Of a stretch of 64,000 nucleotides of DNA, positions 10,054 through 20,582 are shown in pieces; the stretch's first letter is position 1; every line of letters starts with the position of its first letter. Under the pieces are notes generated by a model. That model saw only the letters and a list, made by a program, of their open reading frames with translations, did not search any database and was not told the DNA's origin. Position numbers and translations under genes: made by a program. The DNA lies in NCBI GenBank assembly GCA_964516925.1, contig CAZEXL010000006.1, positions 1,854-65,853 of the forward strand, read 5' to 3'. This stretch comes from an uncultured Lachnospiraceae bacterium (GTDB taxonomy: Bacteria; Bacillota; Clostridia; Christensenellales; Pumilibacteraceae).

Positions 10054-12411
10054 ATGGATTTAAAAACACTAAAAATTTTAGAGTACGAAAGCATATTAAG
10101 CAAAATTAAAAGTTTTGCCGTTTCTTCTGCGGCAAAAGAAGCTGTAATGGAAATTTTTCCGAAAGCAGATTTTGATTTAGTCAAAATGAATCAAAACGAA
10201 GTTGTCGAAGCTTACAAGGTAAAATATACTTATTTGGCGAATCCGATTGATAGTTTTGATAATTGCAAAGAAATATGCGACAAAGCGACAAAAGGAATTA
10301 TGCTTTCGCCTAGCGAACTTTTAAAAATAAAGACGCTTCTTCGTTCTGGGCGAATTGCGCAAAACTCGCTAAAAAATTTGCCGGTTGAGTCGCTCAAGGT
10401 TTATTCGGATAGCTACTATATCGAGAGCTTTTTAGAAGATGAAATCGATAGAGTCATAATATCCGAAAATGAAATCAGCGACCTGGCAAGCGCAACGCTA
10501 AAAGACATAAGACGTAAGTTGGCAGATACGAAAATTGCCTTGAAAGAAAAATTATCTAGTTATTTCAGAAAAAGCGAATTTTCTCAATTTTTGCAAGATA
10601 ACCTTGTTACCATTAGAAACGATAGGTTTGTTTTGCCCGTAAAGTCCGAATATAGATCTTCTGTTCCGGGACTTATACATGATATGTCTTCTAGTGGAGC
10701 AACGGTTTTTATTGAACCGTTTGCCGTGGTTGAAACTAATAATAAAATTAAGAGTCTCATGTTAAGCGAGGCTGCGGAAATTGAGCGAATATTGAATGAT
10801 TTAAGTGGTTCTGTTGCTAATATTGCTGAAAATCTATTAAAAATGCAAACCGCAATTACAAAGCTGGACGTTATTTTTGCTAAGATGAAGTATTCTGTCG
10901 ATATTAACGGCACTGTCCCTAAATTCAACAATAGCGGTATAATTAATCTTAAAGCCGCGCGACATCCGTTGATAGACAAATACGTCGTTGTTCCGGTAAA
11001 CATTTCGGTTGGAAAAGATTATAAAATACTTATGATAACCGGTCCTAATACCGGCGGAAAAACGGTTTGCCTTAAAACGCTTGGTTTGATTTGTTTGATG
11101 GCGTATATAGGATTGTTCATTCCTTGTGACGACGATAGTGAAGTAGCAATATTCGATAATATATTTTGTGATATAGGAGACGAACAAAGTATTGCTCAAT
11201 CTTTGAGTACTTTTTCGTCACATATGGTTAATCTTGTTAGAATTACCGAGCAGATGACGAATAACACATTGTTGCTTTTTGACGAGCTCGGCGGAGGAAC
11301 TGACCCGCAAGAAGGAGCGGCGCTTGCAATAGGAATAATTAAGTATATTCAAATGTGGAAAGCTACTGCTGTGTTAACGACTCATTATAGCGAATTAAAA
11401 GAATATGCGTTAATCGCTGAAGATATTTGTAACGCCAGCATGCAATTCGATTCCGAATCGCTAAAACCTACGTACAAATTAATGTTGGGCGTTCCCGGTA
11501 CCAGCAATGCATTAAATATAGCAAAGATGCTCGGGCTTAACAGCGTTATTTTAAACTTTGCAAAGGAAAGCATGGATAAAGATAAGATTGAACTTGAAAA
11601 TCTTATCAAAAGCGCCGAATACGTAAAAAAACGCTCTGAGGAAGAATTGGAGTTAACTGCTAAGATTAAAGAAGAGCTGATGGCGCAAAAAGCAGACGTA
11701 GAATCGAAACAAAAGCAGCTAAATGCAAAGATAGAAAAGCTTAATTCAAACGCGAAAATCGAGATAAAACGCATAGTGTCTCTCGGAGTTGAAAGGGCGG
11801 ATGAGCTTATAGAGCGATTGAAAGAAGTAATAAAAGAAGGGGACGAGCGTGCGTTATTGGAAGCGAAGTCGATTCGCAAGCAACTTGCGAATATGGTTTA
11901 CGATATGGCGCCTCAATCCGAGGAGCAATACGAGAGTATAGATATTGCTAATTTAAAAGTTGGCGAAAAAGTATTTGTAAAAAGTTTGTCTGCTCAAGGT
12001 GATTTGCTGTCGTTGCCCGATAAGAAAAACGAGGTTTACGTTATGCTTGGCGCAATTAAAACCAAAGTGAAGGCTGATTCTCTTGCGAGGCCGTATGTTT
12101 CGGATAATCAAAAAACAAAGAAAAAAGCGGACTATAAGCCTTCGCCTAAGGGTGACGAAGAAGCAATTCTTATTCCCGAGGTTAACGTTATAGGGTATAC
12201 GGTAAGCGAAGCAATAGAAATTATTGAGCCGCATCTTATAAGTATGGTCGGTGGCAATTCGAAAATTTTACGTATTGTTCATGGTAAGGGAACCGGAGCG
12301 CTGGGTAAAGGGGTTCAACAATATTTAAAGACTTCACGTTTTGTTCGTTCGTTCAGATATGGAGGATATGGCGAAGGTGATAACGGCGTAACAATCGTCG
12401 AGATTAAATAA
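10054..12411 (+). CDS. mutS2: endonuclease MutS2 (MutS domain V ATPase plus C-terminal Smr domain)
   Basis: Walker A ITGPNTGGKT, a coiled-coil middle region, and a C-terminal Smr motif LRIVHGKGTGALGKGV. Confidence 0.9.
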   Translation: MDLKTLKILEYESILSKIKSFAVSSAAKEAVMEIFPKADFDLVKMNQNEVVEAYKVKYTYLANPIDSFDNCKEICDKATKGIMLSPSELLKIKTLLRSGRIAQNSLKNLPVESLKVYSDSYYIESFLEDEIDRVIISENEISDLASATLKDIRRKLADTKIALKEKLSSYFRKSEFSQFLQDNLVTIRNDRFVLPVKSEYRSSVPGLIHDMSSSGATVFIEPFAVVETNNKIKSLMLSEAAEIERILNDLSGSVANIAENLLKMQTAITKLDVIFAKMKYSVDINGTVPKFNNSGIINLKAARHPLIDKYVVVPVNISVGKDYKILMITGPNTGGKTVCLKTLGLICLMAYIGLFIPCDDDSEVAIFDNIFCDIGDEQSIAQSLSTFSSHMVNLVRITEQMTNNTLLLFDELGGGTDPQEGAALAIGIIKYIQMWKATAVLTTHYSELKEYALIAEDICNASMQFDSESLKPTYKLMLGVPGTSNALNIAKMLGLNSVILNFAKESMDKDKIELENLIKSAEYVKKRSEEELELTAKIKEELMAQKADVESKQKQLNAKIEKLNSNAKIEIKRIVSLGVERADELIERLKEVIKEGDERALLEAKSIRKQLANMVYDMAPQSEEQYESIDIANLKVGEKVFVKSLSAQGDLLSLPDKKNEVYVMLGAIKTKVKADSLARPYVSDNQKTKKKADYKPSPKGDEEAILIPEVNVIGYTVSEAIEIIEPHLISMVGGNSKILRIVHGKGTGALGKGVQQYLKTSRFVRSFRYGGYGEGDNGVTIVEIK

Positions 12412-12422
12412 GGGGAAATGCT

Positions 12423-13541
12423 ATGATATTTTTAGATAACGCTTCTACGACAAAGGTTTGTTCGGATGCTATTGCTTCGATAAATTTGGCGTGCGAAGAA
12501 TTATACTTTAATCCTTCGGCGCTTTACGGAGAGGCATTAAAGGTAAGAAATCTGATTGAAGAGTCTCGTCGTGAGATAGCTACATTATTGGGCGTAGCGT
12601 CGAATGAAATTTATTTTACTTCTTGTGCTACCGAAAGTAATAATTGGGCGTTTGAAAGGGGCATTAAGAATAAAAAAGGTAATATCGTAGTTTCATCGTC
12701 GGAACATGCGTCTGTTTATGAAAGCGCGATTTCACAAAAAAGTAAAGGTTTAGACGTTAGGTTTGTAAAACTTAATTCTGACGGGACGATAAACGAGGAC
12801 GATTTATTGTCAAAAATTGATCAAGATACGTCGTTTGTGTCGATTATTCATTGTTCAAATGAGACTGGCGCGGTTAACGATATCGGACGATTGTGCAGAA
12901 AAATAAAAGAAATTAATTCAAAAACCTTAGTTCATTCGGACGGTGTTCAGGCTTTTTGTAAAACCGACGTAAAACTAAAATCGCTAGGAGTTGATTTTTA
13001 TAGTATCAGTGGTCATAAAGTGGGCGGTTTAAAAGGTATTGGTGTATTGTACATAAAAAAGGGCCTATTCGTATCTCCATTTATTATCGGCGGGGGACAA
13101 GAGCGCGGATTGCGTTCCGGTACCGAAAACGTTGCCGGGATTTTAAGCTTTTCTAAGGCGGCAAAATACTATAAAGCTCATTATGACGGTGAGTTAATAC
13201 GAAAAATGCGTGCTTATTTAATTGCGGAATTGATACCGCTCCGCGCTATTATAAACGGGGCTAATAGTTCTGAGTCGATTTTATCCGTGTCTGTGCCCGG
13301 GCTCAAGGCGGAGATTTTACAACATATGCTATCGGATGACGGCGTGATTATCGGTCTCGGGTCTGCGTGTTCGGCAAAATCTCGCAACAACAGAGTTCTC
13401 TCTGCTATTGGTAAAACGCAGAAAGAGATAGAAGGCAGTATAAGAATAAGTTTTGGACTTGAAAACGATATGGAGCAAGTGATGCGAGCAACTGAATTAA
13501 TTAAAAACAATATTACAAAATTGAGAGGAATGATGCTATGA
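12423..13541 (+). CDS. cysteine desulfurase (NifS/IscS family)
   Basis: PLP lysine motif SISGHKVGG and active-site loop GSACSAKS. It is translationally coupled to thiI. Confidence 0.85.
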   Translation: MIFLDNASTTKVCSDAIASINLACEELYFNPSALYGEALKVRNLIEESRREIATLLGVASNEIYFTSCATESNNWAFERGIKNKKGNIVVSSSEHASVYESAISQKSKGLDVRFVKLNSDGTINEDDLLSKIDQDTSFVSIIHCSNETGAVNDIGRLCRKIKEINSKTLVHSDGVQAFCKTDVKLKSLGVDFYSISGHKVGGLKGIGVLYIKKGLFVSPFIIGGGQERGLRSGTENVAGILSFSKAAKYYKAHYDGELIRKMRAYLIAELIPLRAIINGANSSESILSVSVPGLKAEILQHMLSDDGVIIGLGSACSAKSRNNRVLSAIGKTQKEIEGSIRISFGLENDMEQVMRATELIKNNITKLRGMML

Positions 13542-14698
13542 ACGAAAACGTAATAATTATTAGATATTCTGAATTATATCTAAAAGGAAAAAATCGAGGT
13601 TTTTTTGAAAAACTCTTAATAGAAAACATACGTAAATCGCTTAGCGACGTTGAATGTAAAACCAGATTTAACCGCAGTCGATATGAAGTTTTCGAATACT
13701 TAGACGAGGCGGAGATAGTAGAAAGGCTAAAAAAAGTTTTTGGAATTCATTCTATAAGCATAGCAAAAAAATGCGAGGCAAATATTGACGCAGTTTGTTC
13801 CGTCGTTAAAGATTATCGCATTAGCGGAACATTTAAAGTCGAGACCAACAGGGCGGATAAGACCTTTCCTTTAAATTCTATAGAGGTGAGCGCAAAAGCG
13901 GGAGGGGCGATTTTATCCGTTAATAAAAATCTTAAAGTCGATGTACACAATCCTCAAACGACGATAAACATCGATATACGAGAAGACGGCTGCGCATATA
14001 TTTTTAAGGACAAAATATTATGCTCGGGCGGAATGCCTGTTGGCAGCGCCGGTAAGGGACTTCTATTGCTGTCGGGCGGACTTGATAGTCCGGTTGCTGC
14101 ATATATGATGGCAAAGCGCGGGCTCAGTTTAACGGCTATTCATTTTCATTCGTATCCTTACACTAGCGAAAGCGCTAAGCAAAAAGTTATCGATCTTGCA
14201 CATATTTTAGTTGATTATACGGGGCCGATAAATTTAATTTGTATTCCGTTTACAAAAATACAAGAAGAAATTCATAAGAAATGTGCTTCGAATTATATGA
14301 TAACGATTGTTCGTCGTTTTATGATGAGAATATCGGAAAGGGTGGCGCGCATTTACGATTGCGGATGCTTAGTAAACGGAGAAAGTTTGGGGCAAGTTGC
14401 AAGCCAAACGTTGCAAAGTATTACCGTAACTAACGATATTGTTAAAACTATGCCGATTTTTCGTCCCTGTATTGGCATGGATAAGCAAGAAATAATAGAA
14501 ATAGCGTTAAAAATTAAAACTTACGAAACGTCGATTCTGCCGTATGAAGATTGCTGTACGGTGTTTTTGCCCGATAGTCCGGTTACAAAACCAACCGTTA
14601 AAAGGGCGGAATATGAGGAGAGTAAAATGGGCGATTTTGAACAGTTAATTAAAGAAGCTATCGACAATCGTGAAGTTATTCGTATCGAAAAAATTTGA
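13538..14698 (+). CDS. thiI: tRNA 4-thiouridine(8) synthase ThiI
   Basis: N-terminal ferredoxin-like/THUMP region and PP-loop LLLSGGLDSPVAAYM. It overlaps the upstream desulfurase gene by 4 nt (ATGA). Confidence 0.9.
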   Translation: MNENVIIIRYSELYLKGKNRGFFEKLLIENIRKSLSDVECKTRFNRSRYEVFEYLDEAEIVERLKKVFGIHSISIAKKCEANIDAVCSVVKDYRISGTFKVETNRADKTFPLNSIEVSAKAGGAILSVNKNLKVDVHNPQTTINIDIREDGCAYIFKDKILCSGGMPVGSAGKGLLLLSGGLDSPVAAYMMAKRGLSLTAIHFHSYPYTSESAKQKVIDLAHILVDYTGPINLICIPFTKIQEEIHKKCASNYMITIVRRFMMRISERVARIYDCGCLVNGESLGQVASQTLQSITVTNDIVKTMPIFRPCIGMDKQEIIEIALKIKTYETSILPYEDCCTVFLPDSPVTKPTVKRAEYEESKMGDFEQLIKEAIDNREVIRIEKI

Positions 14699-16597
14699 AT
14701 ATTTTTCGTAGTCGCTGCGGTTGTCCGGTTGATCCGGAAGACAGTTTAAAGTGAAACTTGCCGTAATCGTGTCTTTTTGCGGCAAGTTTTTTTGTGCCGC
14801 GATGATCCTATGATTGTTGTAATATTCGTCAGCGTTTATGGCTAATTTTTGTATATTTGACGGCATGTCAAACAACTTATTGCAAGTTATGTCTGACGTA
14901 ATAAGCTTTTTAACGAGTTTTGTCGGGATGTTTCCGCCGGTTGTTTGCGTATCCATTATATGAACGCCGACAGTGTAATTTTTAGAATAAGCGATGCAAT
15001 AAGCGTCGCTGTTATTGTCTTTGCTTCCAACCGTTCCGGTTTTTGCGCACCAAATCATTGGCGATGAATTTATTATTTTTGCAGTTCCGCTTTTCGCGCA
15101 ATCGTTTAACATTTCGTTAATCAAGTAAGCGGTTTCAGCCTTCATAACTCTTTTTTTTGTCCGTTGATGTGAATAAACCGATTTTCCGTTTACGTATATC
15201 GATTTAATGTATGAATTATTGTGCATTATTCCGTCGTTAGCAAAAGATGTGTATGCAGAGGCGAGGTTTTTTAAACTCGTGCCGTTGGTCATGCCTCCTA
15301 ACGCCAATGCGAGGTCTTCGTTTTTTTGCGTTTTAATTCCTAAGTTGTTTGCAAAAGTTTTAGCGTAATCGATGCCGACCGAGTTAAGAAGCTTAACTGC
15401 CGGTATATTAAGTGAATGGGATAGAGCGTATTTACACGAAACCCATCCAAAGTATTTGTTTTTATAGTTTAAAGGCGCATAACCGTTAAAATTCGTTTTT
15501 TCATCGCAAATCGGCGTTATCGGTACAGCGATTCCTTTTTCTATCGCCGGAGCGTAACAAATTATCGGTTTAATGGTAGAGCCCGGACTTCGTGATATTA
15601 GCGCGGGATTTCCTAGATATTGCGCTTCGTGTGAGATTATTTTGCTGGTTTTGTTGTCTATAATAATAATCTGAGCGTTGTCGGTTGTGTATTGTTTTAA
15701 ATAGTCTGATAATTTTTTTTGCAATTCTGAGCGGCAATACGAATATATTTTAACGTTATTTTTATATAAATAATCTTCGTTGCAGCCTAAAATATCGCAC
15801 GCTTCGGTTATCACAAAATAACGATATTTATCGTAAAAATTTTGTTGTTTTATGTTTAATTTTTCTTCGTTGGCTGCTACATATTCTTTGTTTGATATTT
15901 TTTTGTTTTTTAACATTAATTTAAGTATAAGATTAGTTCGTTTAGATAAGTTTTCAGCATTAGAATACGGGTTGTATACGGTTGGATTGTTGATTATTGC
16001 CGATAAAGCGGCGCTTTCTTTTAATGAAACGTTTGCAATATCTTTACCGAAAAAATTATGTGCGGCGTTTCCGATGCCGTACGTACCATTTCCGAAATAG
16101 AGTATATTCAGGTACATTTCAAGAATTTCGTTTTTAGTATATTTTCGTTCGATTTCCTTACTAAGGCGAATTTCTTGTATTTTTCTTCGGATGTTTTTGT
16201 CGTTATTTAAATGTGAATTTTTAACAAGTTGTTGCGTTATTGTAGATGCGCCTTGGACAAATGCGCCGTTCTTAATGTCTTTTATCGTTGCGGCGATTAT
16301 TCGCGCGTAGTCGATACCTTCGTGTTCAAAGAATCTTTTATCTTCTGCGCATAAGAATGCGTTTATCGTGTTTGTCGGCACGTTTTTAAGAGGAGTGTAT
16401 TGCGACGTGTTTATTTGATTTTCGTTATCGTCGTATATAATTAACGTGTTTTTGATGTTGTCCAGTATATTTACATCTAACGAGCTGTAGTTTTTGATTT
16501 TTATACACGGTTCCAAAATAATGCTTATTGTTAAAACAACGGATATGGAGAGAAACGCAAGCAGTAGCGACAATTTTTTTTGTAAATTTATCTTCAT
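14645..16597 (-). CDS. class A penicillin-binding protein (GT51 transglycosylase plus transpeptidase)
   Basis: GT51 motifs EDKRFFEHEGID, GASTITQQLVKN and RKIQEIRLSKEIE. Transpeptidase motifs SPGSTIKP (SxxK), SHSLN (SxN) and KTGT. An N-terminal TM anchor is present. Confidence 0.9.
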   Translation of the reverse strand: MKINLQKKLSLLLAFLSISVVLTISIILEPCIKIKNYSSLDVNILDNIKNTLIIYDDNENQINTSQYTPLKNVPTNTINAFLCAEDKRFFEHEGIDYARIIAATIKDIKNGAFVQGASTITQQLVKNSHLNNDKNIRRKIQEIRLSKEIERKYTKNEILEMYLNILYFGNGTYGIGNAAHNFFGKDIANVSLKESAALSAIINNPTVYNPYSNAENLSKRTNLILKLMLKNKKISNKEYVAANEEKLNIKQQNFYDKYRYFVITEACDILGCNEDYLYKNNVKIYSYCRSELQKKLSDYLKQYTTDNAQIIIIDNKTSKIISHEAQYLGNPALISRSPGSTIKPIICYAPAIEKGIAVPITPICDEKTNFNGYAPLNYKNKYFGWVSCKYALSHSLNIPAVKLLNSVGIDYAKTFANNLGIKTQKNEDLALALGGMTNGTSLKNLASAYTSFANDGIMHNNSYIKSIYVNGKSVYSHQRTKKRVMKAETAYLINEMLNDCAKSGTAKIINSSPMIWCAKTGTVGSKDNNSDAYCIAYSKNYTVGVHIMDTQTTGGNIPTKLVKKLITSDITCNKLFDMPSNIQKLAINADEYYNNHRIIAAQKNLPQKDTITASFTLNCLPDQPDNRSDYEKYSNFFDTNNFTIVDSFFN

Positions 16598-16701
16598 ACA
16601 ACTAGTATGTTTATAGTGTTATTTTTTTATTTTGCCACAAAATGCTGTACTTTTTTTTATTATTATGCTAAAATGTACTTAGATTTTTTTATGGAGTAAA
16701 A

Positions 16702-17994
16702 ATGAAGAAGTTTTTTATTAACACTTATGGTTGCCAAATGAATGTTCATGAATCGGAAAAACTTGCAGGCATCTTGTATCAACGAGGTTATGTGCAAGCA
16801 CAGAGCAATGAGGATGCCGATGTTATTTTATTGAACACGTGTTGTATAAGAGAGACTGCGGAAACCAGAGTTTTGGGGAATTTAGGTATTATAAAAAAAT
16901 TAAAAGAAAAGAGACCGGAAATCATTGTTGGCATATGTGGATGTATGCCGCAAAAGAAGGGCACTGCCGAAATGTTAAAAAAGCGTTGTCCGTTTATAAA
17001 CTTAATTTTCGGTACTCACAACATGTATAAATTAGGTGACTACTTGGATGAGGTCGAAAGTGGACGTAACGTCGTCGAAATATGGGATACTGAAGGAGAA
17101 ATTTCTTCTTCGCCGATTCGTAGAGACGGCAAAATAAATGCTTGGGTTAATATAATGTACGGCTGCAATAATTTTTGTTCGTATTGTATAGTGCCGTACG
17201 TACGCGGCAGAGAACGTAGTCGAGATTTTGACGAAGTAGTTTCGGAGGTTCGTTCGCTTGTTGAAAACGGATACAAGGAGATTACTTTACTAGGACAAAA
17301 CGTTAATTCATATCAAGGAGGCTCGCCGTTCTTTGCAAAACTCCTAAGGGCGGTGTCTGTGTTTGACGGTGAATATAGAATAAAGTTTATGACTTCGCAT
17401 CCGAAAGATTTGACTCTTGACGTGGTCGAAGCTATGACAAGTAGCGATAAGATAGCGAATTGCATACATTTGCCGGTACAATCCGGTAGCGATCGTATCT
17501 TAAAGCTTATGAATCGTAAGTATACTTCGGGCGATTATTATGAAAAAATTCAAATGATAAGGTCTCTTATTCCGGATGTCGGCATATCCAGTGACTTGAT
17601 GGTTGGCTTTCCGACAGAGACGGAAGAAGATTACCTTTGCAGTGAAAATTTGGTTAAGCAAGTGAAGTACAATAATTTATTTACGTTTATATATTCTCGA
17701 CGCAGCGGAACTGTGGCGGATAAGATGGACGGACAAGTTGATTTGAAAACAAAAACGGATAGGATAGAGCGACTTATTAAATTGCAATTTGAAATAGGAA
17801 ACGAGCTTGCAAAAAGTTTTATCGGTAAAAAATACAGAGTGCTGTGCGATAGCGTAAAAAACGGTGTAGGATACGGAAAATCGTCGTGCGATAAATCAAT
17901 TTCGTTTAAAGCGGATAAAAGCGCGATAGGTTGTTTTTTGGACGTAAAAGTAACGCAGGCAAAAAACAATAAACTTATAGGAGAAATCGAATAA
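16702..17994 (+). CDS. miaB: tRNA (N6-isopentenyl-A37) methylthiotransferase MiaB
   Basis: UPF0004 N-terminal domain (TYGCQMN), radical SAM motif CNNFCSYCIVPYVRG, and a C-terminal TRAM domain. Confidence 0.9.
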   Translation: MKKFFINTYGCQMNVHESEKLAGILYQRGYVQAQSNEDADVILLNTCCIRETAETRVLGNLGIIKKLKEKRPEIIVGICGCMPQKKGTAEMLKKRCPFINLIFGTHNMYKLGDYLDEVESGRNVVEIWDTEGEISSSPIRRDGKINAWVNIMYGCNNFCSYCIVPYVRGRERSRDFDEVVSEVRSLVENGYKEITLLGQNVNSYQGGSPFFAKLLRAVSVFDGEYRIKFMTSHPKDLTLDVVEAMTSSDKIANCIHLPVQSGSDRILKLMNRKYTSGDYYEKIQMIRSLIPDVGISSDLMVGFPTETEEDYLCSENLVKQVKYNNLFTFIYSRRSGTVADKMDGQVDLKTKTDRIERLIKLQFEIGNELAKSFIGKKYRVLCDSVKNGVGYGKSSCDKSISFKADKSAIGCFLDVKVTQAKNNKLIGEIE

Positions 17995-20582
17995 TGGCTT
18001 TAGCACCTATGATGAAGCAATATTTGCAAGTAAAAGAGCAATACAAAGATGCTATACTTATGTATAGGCTTGGCGATTTTTACGAATGCTTTTTTGACGA
18101 TGCGATAACGGTTAGTAAAGAGCTTGATTTAGTTTTAACAGGTCGTGACAGCGGCTTAGCCGAGCGTGCTCCTATGTGTGGAGTTCCGTATCATGCGGCA
18201 GATAATTATATAGCAAAGCTTATAGAAAAAGGGTATAAAGTAGCGATATGCGAGCAAATGACGCCTCCGGGGCAAAAAGGGCTTATCGAACGTAAAGTTG
18301 TAAGAGTGATCACACCCGGAACGTTAGTAGATTCTTCGATGTTAAACGACGAAACAAACAATTACTTGGCTTGTGTTGCTCTTGTTGGCGGAGAGATTGG
18401 TTTTGCTTGGACGGACATTTCTACGGGAGAGTTTAATCATATTGCCATGAGCGCAAAAATGAACGTTAAGCTTAATGAACTTTTGGCGCGTATTCATCCG
18501 TCGGAGATTATTTGCAACGAAGAAATGCTTGGTGAAAGTGTAAATCTTTCACTTGTTAAATTCGGCGGCGTTTGTCCGTTTACATTATATAACGAGGTTG
18601 CGTTTGATTACGAAAACGCCTGTAAGGTTATATTGCAGAAATTCGGGAAGGAAAATTTTAAAGAAATCGACAAAAGTAAAGTTTGCACTTGCGCCGTAGG
18701 TGCGTTGTTAAGTTACCTTGAAGAAACTCAAAAGCGCAATCTTATTAATATTAAAAATTCCGTGCGAGAAGAAATGGCCGGTACTATGAGTATCGACGGA
18801 GCGGCAAGAAAAACGCTTGAACTTGTAGAAAACGCCGCAAACGGCAAAAAGCGTGGTTCATTGCTGTGGGTTATAGATAAAACATGTACAAAAATGGGCG
18901 CACGTAAATTAAGAAGTTGGGTAGAAATGCCGTCTACCGACGAAGCTGAAATCAACGAGCGTCTCGATGCGGTGGAAGAACTGTACAATAATGTAGAGCA
19001 GCGAGTTGCGGCAGAGGAACAACTTAAGCTTGTTGCCGACATCGAAAGAATTTGCGGAAGATTGTCTTTTGGAAATATGGCACCAAGGGACTGTTTGGCG
19101 CTGGGACAATCGATAGTTAATTTCCCTATTCTAAAGAACATTATCTCTGATTTGAAGTCGCAGATATTTAAAAAAATTAATAATTCAATTTATGATTTGA
19201 GCGAACTTGGGGAGCTTATTTTAAGAGCTATATCCGACAAGCCGTCGACGTTTATTCGTGACGGCGGTGTAATTGCGGACGGTTTTAATGAAAAGCTTGA
19301 CGAATATCGCGGATATGCCACTCACGCAAAAGCCATTTTGGAAAAAATGGAGGCAAACGAAAAGGAGCTTACCGGCATAAAAGGATTAAGAATTTCTTTT
19401 AATAAGGTGTTTGGGTATTATATCGAAGTGCCAAAGGGGCAAATCGGACTAGTGCCGTACAGATACGTACGAAAGCAAACTACCGTAAACACCGAGCGTT
19501 ATATAACCGACGAATTAAAAGAACTTGAAACTAAGGTATTAAACGCCGATGAGATGGCAATCAAATTAGAAAACGAAATATACGATAAATTACTCGAAAA
19601 AATAAAAGAGTATTTTGAGGAGATCTCGTGTAGCGCAAAAGCAATTGCCGTATTTGATTGTTTGTTAAGTAATGCTTTGACTGCAAGAGAAAACGGTTAC
19701 GTTAAGCCGATAATCGATTCTAGTATAAAAGAGATTAAAATATCGCAAGGAAGACATCCGATAGTTGAGAAACTACTTAAAGGCGAGTCTTTTGTGCCTA
19801 ACGATACTTTTTTGGATGATGACGGAAACATAATGTTGATAACCGGACCTAATATGGCGGGAAAAAGCGTTTATATGAAGCAAGTTGCGTTAATAGTTAT
19901 TCTCGCTCACATAGGTTCGTTTGTTCCTGCCGCTATGGCGCGGATGTCCGTAGTGGATAAACTGTTTACAAGAGTCGGAGCTAGTGACGATCTTGGCACG
20001 GGCAGAAGCACGTTTATGGTCGAAATGAGTGAAGTGGCGTACATTCTTGAGAACGTTACAGATAATAGTTTGATTTTACTTGATGAAATAGGAAGAGGCA
20101 CGTCTACTTACGACGGGCTTAGCATTGCTTGGGCAATTATAGAATTTATTTCGCAAGGTTATAAAGCGAAAACGTTGTTTTCCACTCATTATCATGAACT
20201 TACCGAACTTGAGGGTGTAGTTAAAGGTGTAAAAAATTATAAACTTACGCTTAAGGAAATAAATGGAAGCATTGTTTTTTTACGAAAACTCATGCGAGGC
20301 AGTGCAAACAGGAGCTTCGGCATAGAGGTTGCCGGACTTTCCGGTCTTCCGGATTTCGTTTTGGAGCGAGCGAAGCAGATTTTAAAATCGCTCGAAAAAT
20401 CAGACATTTTGCATAAGGATGCGAAACTCGCGGACGGACAATTGTCACTGTTTAATAATATCAATAACAATGCCGAGATTAATGCAATTTTGTCGGAGCT
20501 TGATATAGACAATATTTCGCCGAGACATGCTTTAGACGTGTTGGCTGATTTAAAAGAAAAGGCGGTTAAGAACGATGGCTAA
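17994..20582 (+). CDS. mutS: DNA mismatch repair protein MutS
   Basis: TPMMKQYLQVKEQY, GDFYE, Walker A ITGPNMAGKS, DEIGRGTSTYDG. Confidence 0.95.
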   Translation: MALAPMMKQYLQVKEQYKDAILMYRLGDFYECFFDDAITVSKELDLVLTGRDSGLAERAPMCGVPYHAADNYIAKLIEKGYKVAICEQMTPPGQKGLIERKVVRVITPGTLVDSSMLNDETNNYLACVALVGGEIGFAWTDISTGEFNHIAMSAKMNVKLNELLARIHPSEIICNEEMLGESVNLSLVKFGGVCPFTLYNEVAFDYENACKVILQKFGKENFKEIDKSKVCTCAVGALLSYLEETQKRNLINIKNSVREEMAGTMSIDGAARKTLELVENAANGKKRGSLLWVIDKTCTKMGARKLRSWVEMPSTDEAEINERLDAVEELYNNVEQRVAAEEQLKLVADIERICGRLSFGNMAPRDCLALGQSIVNFPILKNIISDLKSQIFKKINNSIYDLSELGELILRAISDKPSTFIRDGGVIADGFNEKLDEYRGYATHAKAILEKMEANEKELTGIKGLRISFNKVFGYYIEVPKGQIGLVPYRYVRKQTTVNTERYITDELKELETKVLNADEMAIKLENEIYDKLLEKIKEYFEEISCSAKAIAVFDCLLSNALTARENGYVKPIIDSSIKEIKISQGRHPIVEKLLKGESFVPNDTFLDDDGNIMLITGPNMAGKSVYMKQVALIVILAHIGSFVPAAMARMSVVDKLFTRVGASDDLGTGRSTFMVEMSEVAYILENVTDNSLILLDEIGRGTSTYDGLSIAWAIIEFISQGYKAKTLFSTHYHELTELEGVVKGVKNYKLTLKEINGSIVFLRKLMRGSANRSFGIEVAGLSGLPDFVLERAKQILKSLEKSDILHKDAKLADGQLSLFNNINNNAEINAILSELDIDNISPRHALDVLADLKEKAVKNDG

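Noticed and set aside
11385-11879. 164-aa minus-strand ORF rich in Ser/Phe/Ile
   Set aside because: It is the antisense shadow of the Lys/Glu-rich coiled coil of mutS2.
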